From NCBI RefSeq assembly GCF_006345805.1, contig NC_042999.1:159588001-159652000 (forward strand): DNA of 64,000 bases, written 5' to 3'. This document shows, piece by piece, positions 37,712-51,850 of the stretch. The DNA comes from Octopus sinensis (taxonomy: Eukaryota). How positions within the stretch are numbered: position 1 is the first letter of the stretch; each line of letters begins with the position of its first letter. The notes under the pieces were generated by a model. The model saw nothing but the letters and a program-made list of their open reading frames with translations, was not told where the DNA came from and made no database searches. Position numbers and translations under genes: made by a program.

Positions 37712-38108
37712 TCTTTATATATAAAAGAGAGGTTGTGTGCTGTCTGTCTCCTACGATTTAGATTCCTAACTAATCCCACTTTTTGCGGTGCCGTTTAACC
37801 AAAACCGGGTATCTTATAGTCGTGATTCATATCGAGCCCTTCTGGGTATTAGCGTGCGTCTACGATGAGTCTACGATTTTTTAAAAAAATTACCATCAAT
37901 TTTTCCCATTTTTAATGCATTTTTGGCATATATAAGGGAAGTAACTCTCTAAAAATTTATTATTAAATCTCAGAACGTAAAAAGCTACAGTAACCCACCC
38001 ACCTTTGTGGTTGGCCATATTGAGATGGCTATTATACTTTACATCTCTAAAAATGCTTATATAGTTATTTCCCTTACAAACCCGAGCAACGCCGGGCTAT
38101 ACTGCTAG
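37712..38108 (+). mobile_element. Non-autonomous Helitron, family 1
   Basis: 5' TC, 3' CTAG, subterminal hairpin CCCG..CGGG, inserted between A and T; three full copies in the window plus an internal piece at about 30658-30723. Confidence 0.9.
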
Positions 38109-38910
38109 TATAACATATTATATTAACAATATTATATATTGTGCCTATAGCAGAAAAGAATATTATATATTGCTATATTTTATTTTATATCAATATGCAT
38201 ATGCATATATATAGTGAAAAGTTTCGTCTTTAAACCAATACATACATATTCAACAATAACGAACAAAAAGCGAGCATCATAAACAGCCACGTGTGTATGT
38301 ATCATATGCATGTAACTCACACTTCAGGCAAACTTAGATAACTAATAGCTGTAGCTATAAAACAGATATTCCATAAAAGAAAAAAATTCTCGCGTGATAT
38401 CAAGACGGATTTTCACCCGAGAAATATACGTATATAAATGATCGAATTCTATTCAAACACACAAACAACACCTATTTACTTTCTTCGTTTATTGTAAGCA
38501 ACAAAATTGGAAAATATTTTTATGTGAATATTAACATATTTAATAACGGTGGTATGGATAATGGAAGTTAGTCTCCCTCTCTTAACTTTTACATAACTAT
38601 AACCTAACATATAATTTTCAGAAGTAGCGTAAACGTACACGCGTACACACACACACACATACATACATACGAGCACATCTTTGATTGAGCTGAGAAAGAA
38701 ATATGCTATATTAAAACTAATAGGAGAAAAGTTACGACTAGACAGTGACAGATGCATCCGTTATAGCTGTTATACAATGGCATGATAGCTGCGTAGTTTG
38801 CAACACTAATGATTTTCAGCTGGAAACACTTATACACTTCGGAAAGATCAAAACTTTAAGAATTCTTGTATTTTACGTGTGTGTAATAAACATGAATATA
38901 TACATGTATG

Positions 38911-38978
<68 letters not shown>

Positions 38979-39960
38979 ATATGTAGTATGTATGTATTTA
39001 TATGCATGTATGTATGTGTGTATGTATGTGTGTGTGTATATATATATGTATGTATATATATGTATATATATACACACACACACATATATATTATATATAT
39101 ATATACATATATACATACACATATATATATATATATTATATATATATATATAATATATATATATATATAATATATATATATATATAATATATATATATTA
39201 TATATATATAATATATATAATATATATATATATATAGTATGTATATATATATATACATATATATCCAAAAAACGGAATAAGAACGTAACGGACGGCAATA
39301 AAAACATACGAACAGATAGACTATACAAAGACGGGCAGGAAAAACTAGGACGGGTCATTCGTGGTCCTCTATTCATCAGTCAAGCTTCCAATTATCATTA
39401 TAGCTTCGGCCTGTTACACTTGAGATTGTTCAAAATTGATAGGCCCCAAAAATCTAAGCTAAACGCATTAAATTTTTGGAAGAAAGCAAGCGAATGTGTA
39501 CAACACAGACAAAAAGACGAGAAAACGGATAAAATGTTACACGATTACTAATACAAACAAAAGAATAACAACAGGTGTCTTTTGACTAATAAAGACAAGT
39601 TAAGTTGAGCAGGAGTGTGAAGTGGCGGCCTTAAGGCACAAACATAGGTGAAAGTTAGGAGACAGGAAAATAAGGTGTTGTATGGGCAGTGGTCAGGCAG
39701 AGAAAGAAAGATTATGCTCGGCCGAACATCGGTCACGTGGAAGGAACAGAGAGATATAGGGGGAGTGGGATTGAAGAATTAGAGAAGGAACTAGAGAGAG
39801 AGAGAGAGGGCGGAAGGGGCAGAGGGAAATGTACAAGGGAAATAACGAAAGAAAGAAGAGAGGTTAAAGAAAGAGAATGTCAAGAAAAGTGAGAGAGGGG
39901 GAGCGAGAAAAAGAAAGGAGAAACTCAAAACAAAAATTAACGTGAAAAGCAGCAAAGTGT

Positions 39961-40227
39961 CGACGCTGAGGGTTCCAGTTGATCCGATCAACGGAACGGC
40001 CTGCTCGTGAAATTAACGTGCAAGTGGCTGAGCACTCCACAGGCACGTGGACCCTTAACGTAGGTCTCGGTGAGATTCAGCGTGACACAGAGTGTGACAA
40101 GACTAGCCTCGTGGAGCTTTAAGTGTTTTCGATCAATAAATATTCACAATGCCCGGTCTGGGAATCGAAGCCACGATCCTATGACCGCGAGTCCGCTGCC
40201 CAAACCATCGAGCCATTGCGCCTCCAC
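39961..40227 (-). mobile_element. SINE family C, internally deleted
   Basis: Homology to 9593-9981; another 3' fragment at about 48530-48665 (+). Confidence 0.85.
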
Positions 40228-41228
40228 TGGTCAATAAATATTGGATGAAATATATTACAATTAGTTTGGTTTCAAAATATACCAGGTTCAAATATATGTA
40301 CATTATTGAGTCCTATACGAAGATAAATTCGCGTACAAAAGAACTAAGAAGCTGTAATAAGAGTTTCAACGTTAGCAGAGAACACAGAGGTTGAAGATCG
40401 GTTACATACAGGGTTAAATCTATTACAGTTGGTTTGTTCTTGGAATTTCTTTTCACGATAAATTTAGGTACATTATTCGAAAAATGATGATTTATGTACG
40501 CTTTGGGAAGTATGACTTCTTGATCAAAACTAAAATACACTTTGGATCTGTAAAGCAAATCCAGCCTGCTTTTATTTTAGTAGTCTGCAATGAAGAAATT
40601 ATCACCTTTCTAGAAACATAATCAGTAACACAATACAGTGCATTTAATTTTTCATACATCAGTGAACTTTACTATCAGGAATACACATCATATTAAATGA
40701 AATGTAGCATAAAATACACTGATATTTTTTCAGGTAAAAACCTACTTTTCATGCCAAGGAAGAACTGGAGATAAGCAGTAAATATTGAAACCATTTTAAT
40801 GCTTCAAATATTCATTACATTTACTTTTGACTGAGTGATTAATTTAATGAGTTATAGATATATTTTGTGACATATCTTTTACGTTGCCACGAGTCGATTA
40901 ATCGCAATTGCTTGTATTGTTTGTAAGATTATACCAACTTCCCATCCCGCTCTAGATTAGGAATGTTCTCTTTAACGTTCTGTAAGTTCTTCATCCTTGA
41001 ACATGCCAATTTGTTTATCTTGCTAACGTCTTCTAGCACTTACCATACGTTATCTTTCCGTATTCCGAATATTCCCGCTATAAACATTAAAATGTTATTA
41101 TTTACCGATATTCAGCAGCTCTGTCATTTTTATCATTTATCGAATGCTAATAATTTACTTGCCATTTTTCATGTTGTTCATTGTTGTTTGCTTTTTTGCT
41201 GTGTTTTTGTGTGTATTCTTAGTTTCTG

Positions 41229-41403
41229 TTACTCTTTTACTCTTTTACTTGTTTCAGTCATTTGACTGCGGCCATGCTGGAGCACCGCCTTTAGTCGAGC
41301 AAATCGACCCCGGGGCTTATTCTATCGGTCTCTTTTGCCGGGGACGTAAACACACCAGCATCGGTTGTCAAGCAATGCTAAGGAGACAAACACAGACACA
41401 CAA

Positions 41404-41434
<31 letters not shown>

Positions 41435-41605
41435 CATATATACAACGGGCTTCTTTCAGTTTCCGTCTACCAAATCCACTCACAAGGCATTGGTCGGCCC
41501 GGGGCTATAGCAGAAGACACTTGCCCAAGGTGCCACGCAGTGGGACTGAACCTGGAACCATGTGGTTGGTTAGCAAGCTACTTACCACACAGCCACTCCT
41601 ACGCC
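41229..41605 (-). mobile_element. SINE family A
   Basis: 14-bp TSD CTTAGTTTCTGTTA at 41218-41231 and 41605-41618. Confidence 0.9.
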
Positions 41606-41968
41606 TTAGTTTCTGTTAATATGAAATTGTTATTTTTTTTATTGCAATTCTGTTTCCCCGTTAATGCAATATGATATTCAAAAGTTTCTGCCTTTTTATT
41701 GGATGTTTCTTATGATTTTACTCGTTTTACTGTTATTCGTTAGTATGTTCCACTTAACAGGTCATCAGTAATAACTTTTGCTGTATTTTAAATATTCGCG
41801 TTATTAGATTCTTTCAACGTTTTTCTTCGATACTAACAACAGAATATTAGAAAAATAAATAACTATAACATCTTTATTCTCAATCCGATACCAATTTCTA
41901 AACTGTATTACATTGCTTCTAATGAAAACCCGATAAAATTCATCCAGGTTTTATATATATATATATAT

Positions 41969-42292
41969 ACTCTTTTACTCTTTTACTTGTTTCAGTCATT
42001 TGACTGCGGCCATGCTGGAGCACCGCCTTTAATCGAGCAACTAGACCCCGGGACTTATTCTTTTGTAAGCCCAGTACTTATTCTATCGGTCTCTTTTGCC
42101 GAACCGCTAAGTAACGGGGGCATAAACACACCAGCATCGGTTGTCAAGCAATGCTAGGGGAACAAACATAGACACACAAACACACACACGCATATATATA
42201 CATATATACGACGAGCTTCTTTCAGTTTCCGTCTACCAAATCCACTCACAAGGCATTGGTCGGCCCGAGGCTATAGTAGAAGACACTTGCCC
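41969..42292 (-). mobile_element. SINE family A, 5'-truncated
   Basis: Homology to other A copies; older A-like fragments at about 44325-44545, 48800-48985 and 50920-51010. Confidence 0.85.
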
Positions 42293-42361
42293 ATAATATA
42301 ATATAATATAATATAATATATATATGCATATATGCATATGTATAAGTACATACTAACATCT

Positions 42362-42416
<55 letters not shown>

Positions 42417-44566
42417 TATGTTGGGCAGAGGACGTCTTGAAACGTGTACAACAAAAAATACGAAGTACGAGTACATGCAATATGAACTATTCCCTCGAAC
42501 AAGGAAAGACACAAATGGAAAACAAAACAAACAACATAAGTTGTTGGCTGCTTTTCTACTCTTGTATTTCGAGCATCTAACAACAATATACACTTTTGAT
42601 AATACAGTTACTCCTGCATATACTTGAATTTTTTCATTACTTGAATTTTTTCAAAATATTTTTTCAATGAACATTAAGGTTTCACTTTGTTACTGGATTG
42701 AATCATAATGTTCCTAAGTACCAGTAATATACTACGGTATCTATAATTAGCGATACTCTTCAAGTCTTATTTAGAAGTTTTTATAAGATTATTGTTGACT
42801 TGTTATTAAGGAATATTTCTAATAGCTAATAGATAAAATGGCAACTTATGAAATTACAAGTATAGTTTTAATACAGTTTCTTTATAAACTTACCGTTTGT
42901 TTATGTCTGCAGAACATACCAAAGTACACTAAAATAATTACTACGCTATTGAAAAGCCAAAAATATTTTGATGAAGAATATATTTCTCAATCTAGAAAGA
43001 GCAGTAACTGATCTCGGAAATATAAATACTTCATCTTGCAATATCAGTAAACCTACAATCAGATTTTCAGCAGACATCCAATAGCTATATGTTCTGGTCT
43101 GACAAGAGAAGTAATGTTCATAGTTATTAAAAGAAACAGTTGGATGCAATGAAAGAAGCATATTATCCTATTATAGAGACAGAGCTTAGCCTGAGAAAAT
43201 ACAGATATTAAAAGAGTGAATTCTATTTACGCAAACAAACACCAACACGTATTTACCTTTTCGCTCACCTTTGTAAGCAAAGGAGTTTTTTATGCATTTT
43301 TGCATGATTGAAAAATGTTTTGAACAATGGTGTTATGAACAAGAGGAAAGAAGCTCATAAATGCCAGTTTAACAACAATATTTTTCAGTGACGACATCGA
43401 TACGAACCTTTCAATGAATTCCAGAGGAAATATACTATATTGAAATCAACATGAAAAATGGCATTAGTTAGATTGAATCTGTTAGTTTTAAGTTCATTGT
43501 TTATAAATAGGGCACAGCAAGGGTACCAGAATACAAAATATCGACCTCCTTTTGTCGATATTTCATCCAACATGCCATTGATACGTATTTCTGTCTGTAA
43601 AGCCTCTAGTTTCTAGAACATCCATAAAAGTTAACATTGTGACTTCGAATTCTAATAACAATTGAATTCCTCCCAAATACCGATTGATTTATTTCAAAGA
43701 CAACAATGTTTGTGGTGCCATTAACAAAATGTAAATAAGATTTCTAGCGTATGCGCTAGAACTCAATTTTGGGAAAGAGATAGAATAGATTATATCAAGT
43801 GGTTTTTATATTTTATCTTTCCTAGGAGGAAAAGGAGAGCGAAGTTCGCCCTCGGAAGTTTTGTATTTAGAATGTTATAAGTAAATACAAAATGTATTTT
43901 GTCTATCACTCGACTGTTTCTGCCACCCATTCACTACCTCTTATTTTTAAGACAATCGGTGTGATATTTAAGGGTGACTGGTTTTCTACTTTTAGCAGAT
44001 GAAGCGAAAAACTTGTTGATTAACTGGTTTTGTTCATATAGGCGTGTTGAAGTTGAAAGTATCTTTTATTCCTTCCTTATGACCTTTTATTCTTCTATCT
44101 GACTTTTCCTTTGTTCCTCCACCCACTTACCCATAATCTCTTCTATCTTTGTTTCTATTTCTTACTTTTTCAGTCTTTATTTTGAAGATTTGTTTCTTCG
44201 GATATTCTTCGTTTTCTTTCAACCACAAATATCACTGAAAATTTCCCAAAAATGTGCTTTTGATATAGTTTTGTATTCTTTTATTTTGTATTCTTTTATT
44301 TTGTATTCTTTTATTTTGTATTCTTTTATTCTTTTACTTGTTTCAGTCATTTGGGGGAGGCCATGCTAGAGCAGAAGCTTCCAGGATTTTTATCGAACAA
44401 ATCGACCTCAGGACATATTTTTTAAGCCTACAACTTATTCTAACGGCAACTTTTGCCGAACCTCTAATTAACGGGGACATAAACACACCAACACTGGTTG
44501 TCATATGATGATGGTACAATTACAGACACTTAGACACACACACGAATATATACATACATATATACT

Positions 44567-44598
<32 letters not shown>

Positions 44599-45791
44599 AT
44601 ATATATATATATAATATATATATATATTATATATATAATATATATATATATATATAAATATAGTATATGTATATATTATATACAGATGTATATACATACA
44701 TACTGATATTAATTATGCATAATGATTTCTGGTAGATTCGTTCGAAGAATTTGCCGGCATCTTTTTGCTGCCAATAAAAAAGACTGCGCTTGCGCAATGG
44801 ATTTGAAAAAAATTAAAATGTATAAGCAATAAGACACATGCTGGATTGGCCTCTTTGTTTAGATATTTAATCTATGACGTCCATGTTGGTGAAGACTTCG
44901 CTTGGTAAATTATTTATATTTACTAAAATAAGTCAGAAACCATGGTCCAGGAAAGACATGGTAAATGTTTATATTTTTCACTTCCTTCGAAATTAGTAGT
45001 TTGGACTTTAGCTGTTCTTTCTAGCGTAAAGGATTCCTATGATGGAAACCTCTTAATGTGTTTAAATGTACACTGTATTTTACATAAATAATATAGAGTC
45101 TATTGACTAATTTTTCTATACGCTAGGCCACTGGTAGTAAAAATTTCTAAAATCTTTATTACCTTGATATTATTAATTATGTATGTATGTATGTATGTAT
45201 GTATGTATGTATGATGTCAAGTTACTTATGAGGCCCTCGCAAGTGCTACTAGTAACATGGAATCCAGTACAACCTGTTGCAGAGTCGGGTTGTCGGCGAC
45301 TAAACCAGCACCTCCCGCTGTTGAAAGGGCGGATGAACATAGTGCAGACTCTCCAGCAATAGCACGGGAACGCAGAAATTCCGGGATGGTGTCCGGCGTG
45401 TTAGAAGACCACTGGGAGTGAGGTGTCCACTCAGCTTCTGTTAAAGCATTCTCTAGGAGAAGGTCACACTGATATAAAATCAGATATGCAGGGAATGACA
45501 TTGGACATTTTGGAGACCTTTGGTTTGTGCTAGAGATCATGGCACTCCAACATCCCTGAGCCTGTGATTCATATTGGCACCATATATCTCGCTCTGGCTT
45601 GTCTCTGGATAATGTCAATAGGGTGGAGTGGGTCTATGAGGTGTCGTGCAAGCCTTATTGGACCTAAAACTCTGAACAGGCATTGCTAGCCTCTGCTCGA
45701 TATGTGCTGCTTTTTTCTTTCTTTTTTCCCTATATGTATATATTTAACTTTCAGCATATATGTAGCTTTATTTTTAGTATATATTTATTTA

Positions 45792-46187
45792 CTAGTAGTA
45801 TCGCCCGGCGTTGCTCGGGTTTGTAAGGGAAATAACTATATAAGCATTTTTAGAGAGTTATAGCCAAAAAATAGCAAAAAAATGCATTAAAAATGAAAAT
45901 AAAATGATGGTAATTTTATTTTTAAATCGTTGACTCATCTTAGACATTTTTAGAGAGTTACTTTCCTTATATAATAGAGAAAAAAATGCATTAAAATGGG
46001 AAAAAATGATGGTATTTTTTTTAAATCTTGGACTCATCGTAGACGCGCGCTAATACCCAGAAGGGCTCGATATGAATTACGACTATAAGATACCCGGTTT
46101 TAGTTAAACTGCACCGCAAAATGTGGGAGTAGTTAGGAATCTAAATCGTAGGAGACAGACACACAACTTCACTTTTATATATAAAGA
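45792..46187 (-). mobile_element. Non-autonomous Helitron, family 1
   Basis: Same termini and hairpin as 37712-38108. Confidence 0.9.
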
Positions 46188-46214
46188 TTTTTAGTATATA
46201 TTTATTTTATTTTT

Positions 46215-48107
46215 ATTCTGATGTCCTACGGCGATGGGAAGCATGCACACCTGACGGTTTGGAAGCATATAGTCAGTGACCAACACATAAGCAGCCCATG
46301 ATAGATATAAAGTCGTCTCCTTGTCGCCCAAGACAGATAGAATTCGGTTGCTGCATGGTTGTCTGAGCAGCTCCATTTGGAGAAAGAGCACTGCTCACTC
46401 GGAGGCCGTGGAGGTTCTAGAAAAGGTGAACCAAAAATTGCCCGCCTTTCTATATCTGGTCAGTATATCGCGACTGACGGATGTCCACCCTGCGCTCGAA
46501 AAACAAAATTACTTTTTTTTACAAGATCTGGATAGAACTTTTCATGTTGGAACGTGCACACTCTGTTGGATAACAAGAGTGATTGTAAGCCTGAAAGACG
46601 CACTGCACTTGTTGCCCACGAGCTGAGCCGCTATAACACTGATATAACTGCACTTTCAGAGACTCGTATAGAAACTGATGGTCAGCTTGAGGAAGTAGGA
46701 GGTGGATGCACCTTTTTTCGAAAGGGAGGCTGAAGGAGGTGTGCAGAGAGGCAAGAATGGCTTTGCAGTTCGATTTGATATCCTTAAGAAGTTGGGGGTA
46801 TCGATCTTCTGGTCGCCTCTTTAATCAGCGCCGATTTGCTGCCAATTCAAAAGTTTTCAAGTCGCTTATTCGTGACCTTTATGCAGATGATTGTGACTTA
46901 GTTACTCATACAGAGGATAATATGCAAATTATGTGGCGAGCTGGCAGAAACGTTAGCACGCCGGGCGAAATGATTAGCGGTATTTCGTCTGCGTTACGTT
47001 GTGAGTTCGAATTCCGCCGAGGTCGACTTTGCCTTTCATCCTTTCGGGGTCGATAAATTAAGTACCAGTTACGCACTGGGGTCGATGTAATCGACTTAAT
47101 ACCTATATCTGTCCTTGTTTGTCGTTAATACCTATGTCTGTCCTTGTTTGTCGTTAATACCTATGTCTGTCCTTGTTTGTCTCCTCTGTGTTTACCCCAT
47201 TGTGGGTAATAAAGAAATAGGATAATATGCAAATACTTATGAATTGTATTTCTTCTTCTTGCAAGGAATTTGGACTCAGCATTAGCCTGGACAAGACTGT
47301 TGTAATTTTCCAGCCTGCACCAGGAAATCCGTATGTGGAACCAGCTATCTTGATTGAACGAACAATACTGAAAGGAGTAGACAAGTTTGTCTACCTGGGT
47401 AGCACACTCAGCCGTTCTTGCTCCCTGGATGATGAAATATCTTTCAGGCTGCAGAGAGCAACTAATTCTTTCCGGCCCCTTTAGTCTCGTGTCTGGTCCC
47501 AGCACAGCATCAGAAGGCAAACAAAAATTTCTGTGTACCGTGCATGTGTACTAGCATCGCTCCTTTACTCATGCGAGACATGGATCCTTTACAAACATCA
47601 CGTAAGGCTGCTTGAACGCTTTCATCAGAGGTGTCTGAGACTCATTCTGAATGTTGGCTGAGCAAGGGCCGGAGCAAAGCAGATATCTTGAGTATTGAGG
47701 CGATGGTGTACAAGCGCCGGTTACGTTGGACTGGATACCTTATTAGAATGAAGGACAGCAGGATCCCTAAACAGGTGCTATATGGGATACTTGTTAGTGG
47801 AAAGGGACCCAGGCAGAAATCAAGGTTGCGATTTAAGGATTGTGTCAAGTCCTCATTAAAGGATTTTGATATGCAGGAGACTGACTTGGAGAGCAATGCC
47901 TGTCATCGCCACAGATGGAGGAAGCAGGTTAAGGAGAGGATCGACACTTTTGAGAGAGCACGTATCATGCATGAAGAATTTAAGCGTGTTGTTCGAAAGC
48001 ACACTGCTGGCGTAGTAAATGGGGAAAGCTTGGTTTGCAATGTTTGCAGTTGTGTATGCTTGTCAAGAGCAGGGCTCATTAGCTACCAACGGAGCATCAA
48101 AAAATAG
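46215..48107 (+). mobile_element. RTE-clade LINE, internally deleted and pseudogenised
   Basis: APE start WNVHTLLD..ERRTALVAHELSRYNTDITALSETR joined almost directly to RT LYADD; then YLGS, LLYSCETW, RLRWTGYLIRM, C-terminal CxxC motif; stops and frameshifts. The GC-richer block 45215-45700 may be its upstream 5' UTR. Confidence 0.9.
46930..47219 (+). mobile_element. SINE family B nested in the RTE element
   Basis: 15-bp TSD GGATAATATGCAAAT at 46915-46929 and 47220-47234; internal 29-bp unit repeated three times (47096-47181). Confidence 0.92.
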
Positions 48108-49634
48108 TCCTAGAGTTAGTCCTATACTATTGTACTTAGCAGTGTTACTGGTTATTATATACAGAGTGGAAAATTAAGATAAATACAAGTATATATTGTT
48201 AGTTCCTTGGTACCATTCATCATTGGATGTTCCAAGTGTATTTGATGACTAACTGCAATGGATCATCAGAGAAGTAGTCCTTGCATTCTGTTAGAGATAT
48301 AATATGCTATATACATATAGATAAATAAAGAGATAGATATCTATATCTATATCTATCTGTGTGTGCGTTTGTGTGTGGGGGGTGTACACAAGAGTTACGG
48401 AATGGAGTAGATAAATTCCAGGCTATGTTTAATGGCAAGCGCAACCTCAGGAGTGGTAACTATGCAGGCGAGGTGTTTACCGCAGGCAACTCTTCGGGCC
48501 GAGGATATCTTGATTAAATGAACGTCTGTTGCCGCAAAGGAGGTACACGTTAACGCATGGAAGATTCACTCAGAATGTTTGCCACTTGTCTGTGGAGTGC
48601 TCAGCTACTTGCACGTTAATTTCACGAGCCGGGTGTTCCGTTGATGCCAGTAACCGACGGAGTCCCAGTTACATATGTATATGTGTATATATATGCGAGT
48701 GTGTATGTGCGTGTCTGTGTGTGTATGCATATATAGATAAATAAATATTATTTATTTATTTATATATGCACACACATAAATATTAATTCATCATTTTTCT
48801 TTCAATTAATTTCTTGGACACAACCTTGAAGGGATTTTTTCGTCGAACAAATTGACCCCCCAGGACTTTTTGTTGTTGTTTAAGCCTAGTACTTATTCTA
48901 TCGGTCTATTTTGTCACCAAGCTACGAGGACGTAGATACAGCAACACCGGTTGCCAAGTGGGGGACAAACACAAAGACACACACAGATATATGTTTGTTT
49001 ACTTTAATTAAATTCCTCAAAAGAAAACCCTATTCCATTTTCACGGTTCCCTTGTCAATGTAACACACTGCATTTTCAATTATAGTCTATTTGTTGCCAC
49101 GGCAACTATGACAGCAAACAGTTGGACACCGGACTCATTTCATTGGTTTATATATGATTTTAAATCTTGTTTATTATTAATTTTCCGAAAGGAAAGAAAA
49201 TTGAACGCGATGTTCTTCATTAGCATGCAAGTCTATATGTGTTAAAAATTTACGAACAATCCTCGAGAATTGTAAAATCATCAAGTGATTGAAAGAAAAC
49301 GGAAAAAATCCATTTTACCACCTGTCAGTCAGTCATCTCCCTTTCTTCCCCGCTATATCCCCCCCTCTGTAACTATCTATCAATCTCTATGCGCGCGTGT
49401 TTTTTTTGTGATCAGCTAGTTTCGAAAACGTTACTATTTTCTATTCTAGCTACGTCAAACTATAATGTATTATGTAAATTCTATCCAACTTAATCGATCT
49501 TGAAATAGAAGCTGAATTGAAATCCTACTAAAGCATTTCCGTATAACGAGTTGAAGTTTTTAGTCAATAGTGTACTCAACTGATAAATAATATGGTTGGT
49601 TGGGTGAATGAAGAGGGAATACTTTGAATACAAA

Positions 49635-49771
<137 letters not shown>

Positions 49772-50510
49772 GAGATATATATATATATATACAGGCAGTA
49801 ATTGAAGAAGTAAATCAAATAAGAAAAAATAGTTGCATTAATAAAATGTCATTAACATTATAACTTAATAATGCCTAATTTAAATAATCCATAGAGACCA
49901 AAATCGATATGCCTACGATTGAATTGGGATTGATGTCTTAAAAATTATATTTTAGAATAGTCAATAAACCCCTTATAGGTTCTGCCTACGGTTGACGCCA
50001 CATTAACATACTTTTAGTAATACTTGCCTGATAATTAAGTTAATATTGACTTTCTATAAACAATTTTTTGTTTCATTGTAGAATCAGCTACACTTTTTTC
50101 ATTGTATTTTATTATAACCACTAAATACACCTTAATTATTATATGAATTTTCACATCAAGTCATAAAACTTTGATTCAATAAGAAAAATTGTTCGACTTC
50201 AATCAAAAATTTAAAACATCCTGTTTCGCAATTGTGATTTGCTTTTATCCTTTTCTTTTCTGTTTTTCCGTTTATTTTCGTAATTAATAGAGATCATTCA
50301 TGAATGAAGTCGAACACCCGATATCAAAGTAGGTTTCAACACATACTTTTAAGGAATAGACACAGAGGTCTTAAATTAAATTAGTTTATTCAAATTTAAT
50401 TTTTGTTTGGAATGAAGGTGGAGAAATATTGAATATGGAGCGAGGTATTATAGTGGATATTTCACATAAAGTATATTAGGTTTTTATCAATAGAAACTTC
50501 TGTAACTATA

Positions 50511-50551
<41 letters not shown>

Positions 50552-50727
50552 TAGTAGTAGTAGTAGTGTAATTGATTTTAGGGTGGAAAACTTCGCAAGG
50601 GTAGTACAGCTGATTAAATTGTTCCTAGCAATTTACTTTTATCGCCCCTACAATGAAGAGACTAGAAGTTGGCAATCGCGGAATTTGATCTCAGAACTTA
50701 AAAAGATAATGCTAAATAATCTTATGA

Positions 50728-50775
<48 letters not shown>

Positions 50776-51768
50776 ACACACACACATACACATATATATA
50801 TATATATACCCATACACACACATACATACATACATACATACATACATACATACATACATACATACATACATACATACATACATACATACATACATACACA
50901 TATATATTATCCTTTCCTTTTGTCTGTTTCAGTTAATAGACTGTAGTCATACTGGAGCAGATACAACGGCCCTAGTACTTATTTTTCTTTAAACCGAGTA
51001 TTTCTATCAGACACTATTGTGCAAATTCTTTTTACTAAATTAGAGGTGATATTTCTTTTGATGTGTTTCGGATGGCATGAGCTAAGCAGAAGATATTGCT
51101 TCCAGTCCGTTTGCTTATGTTAAATGTCAGTTATAATTTGGTTACTGACTTTTTTATCATAATATCCAAGAAAGGCGCTATTCTTTGCTATATTCCATTG
51201 TAACTTGAATGTTAGAGTTTATGTTATTTAGTATTGATTTAAATTCCAAAAGCTAATCAATGACCTTCTTCCAAATGATAAAACAGTCATCCAGGTATAT
51301 TTTCCAATTTCCTCTTATATAGTGGTGAAACGGAAACCTATACAGAACACGTCTAAATATGAATGCATATGCAACTTTGATCTTAGCATGTATTTTAATT
51401 CATGATCATATACCCATCATTGTACATATTTCATCTCACTACTTTAGCTTTTGAGTTTTTGTGTATATATATTTATTTATCCCCCTTCTGAAAGATGAGC
51501 AATTACCTTCTCTGTCCCCAGTAATAACGATCACCAATTATTTCCCCTTAGATTTTTCTCCATATGGAATCATTCCTTCACAAACTTCTCCACACATAAC
51601 ATGGACTAAAATCTTCTCAAGAAAATACGTAATTACAATAATTTCAATGTCATTATTGGCGAAAGCGAAACCGGTCGACAAACAATATAGACTATATTAA
51701 AAAGTATATTACAACTATGTAAAGTGCATGCATTTTCTTTCTGATATATATATACATATATACATATA

Positions 51769-51842
<74 letters not shown>

Positions 51843-51850
51843 TATATATA

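Noticed and set aside
39360-39420. CTGATGA and GGCCGAAG on the minus strand as a permuted hammerhead
   Set aside because: Stems could not be paired convincingly and GAAA is absent.
44270-47181. Short tandem units (15-bp at about 44275-44335, 29-bp x3 at 47096-47181) as CRISPR-like arrays
   Set aside because: No unique spacers; simple slippage expansions within SINE tails or bodies in a eukaryotic context.
51253-51700. DEG/ENaC-like motifs (VIQVYFPISSYIVVKRKP and SPVITITNYFP)
   Set aside because: The two motifs are in the wrong order and only about 100 nt apart, and the conserved Cys and GG residues are missing; likely pattern-matching noise.
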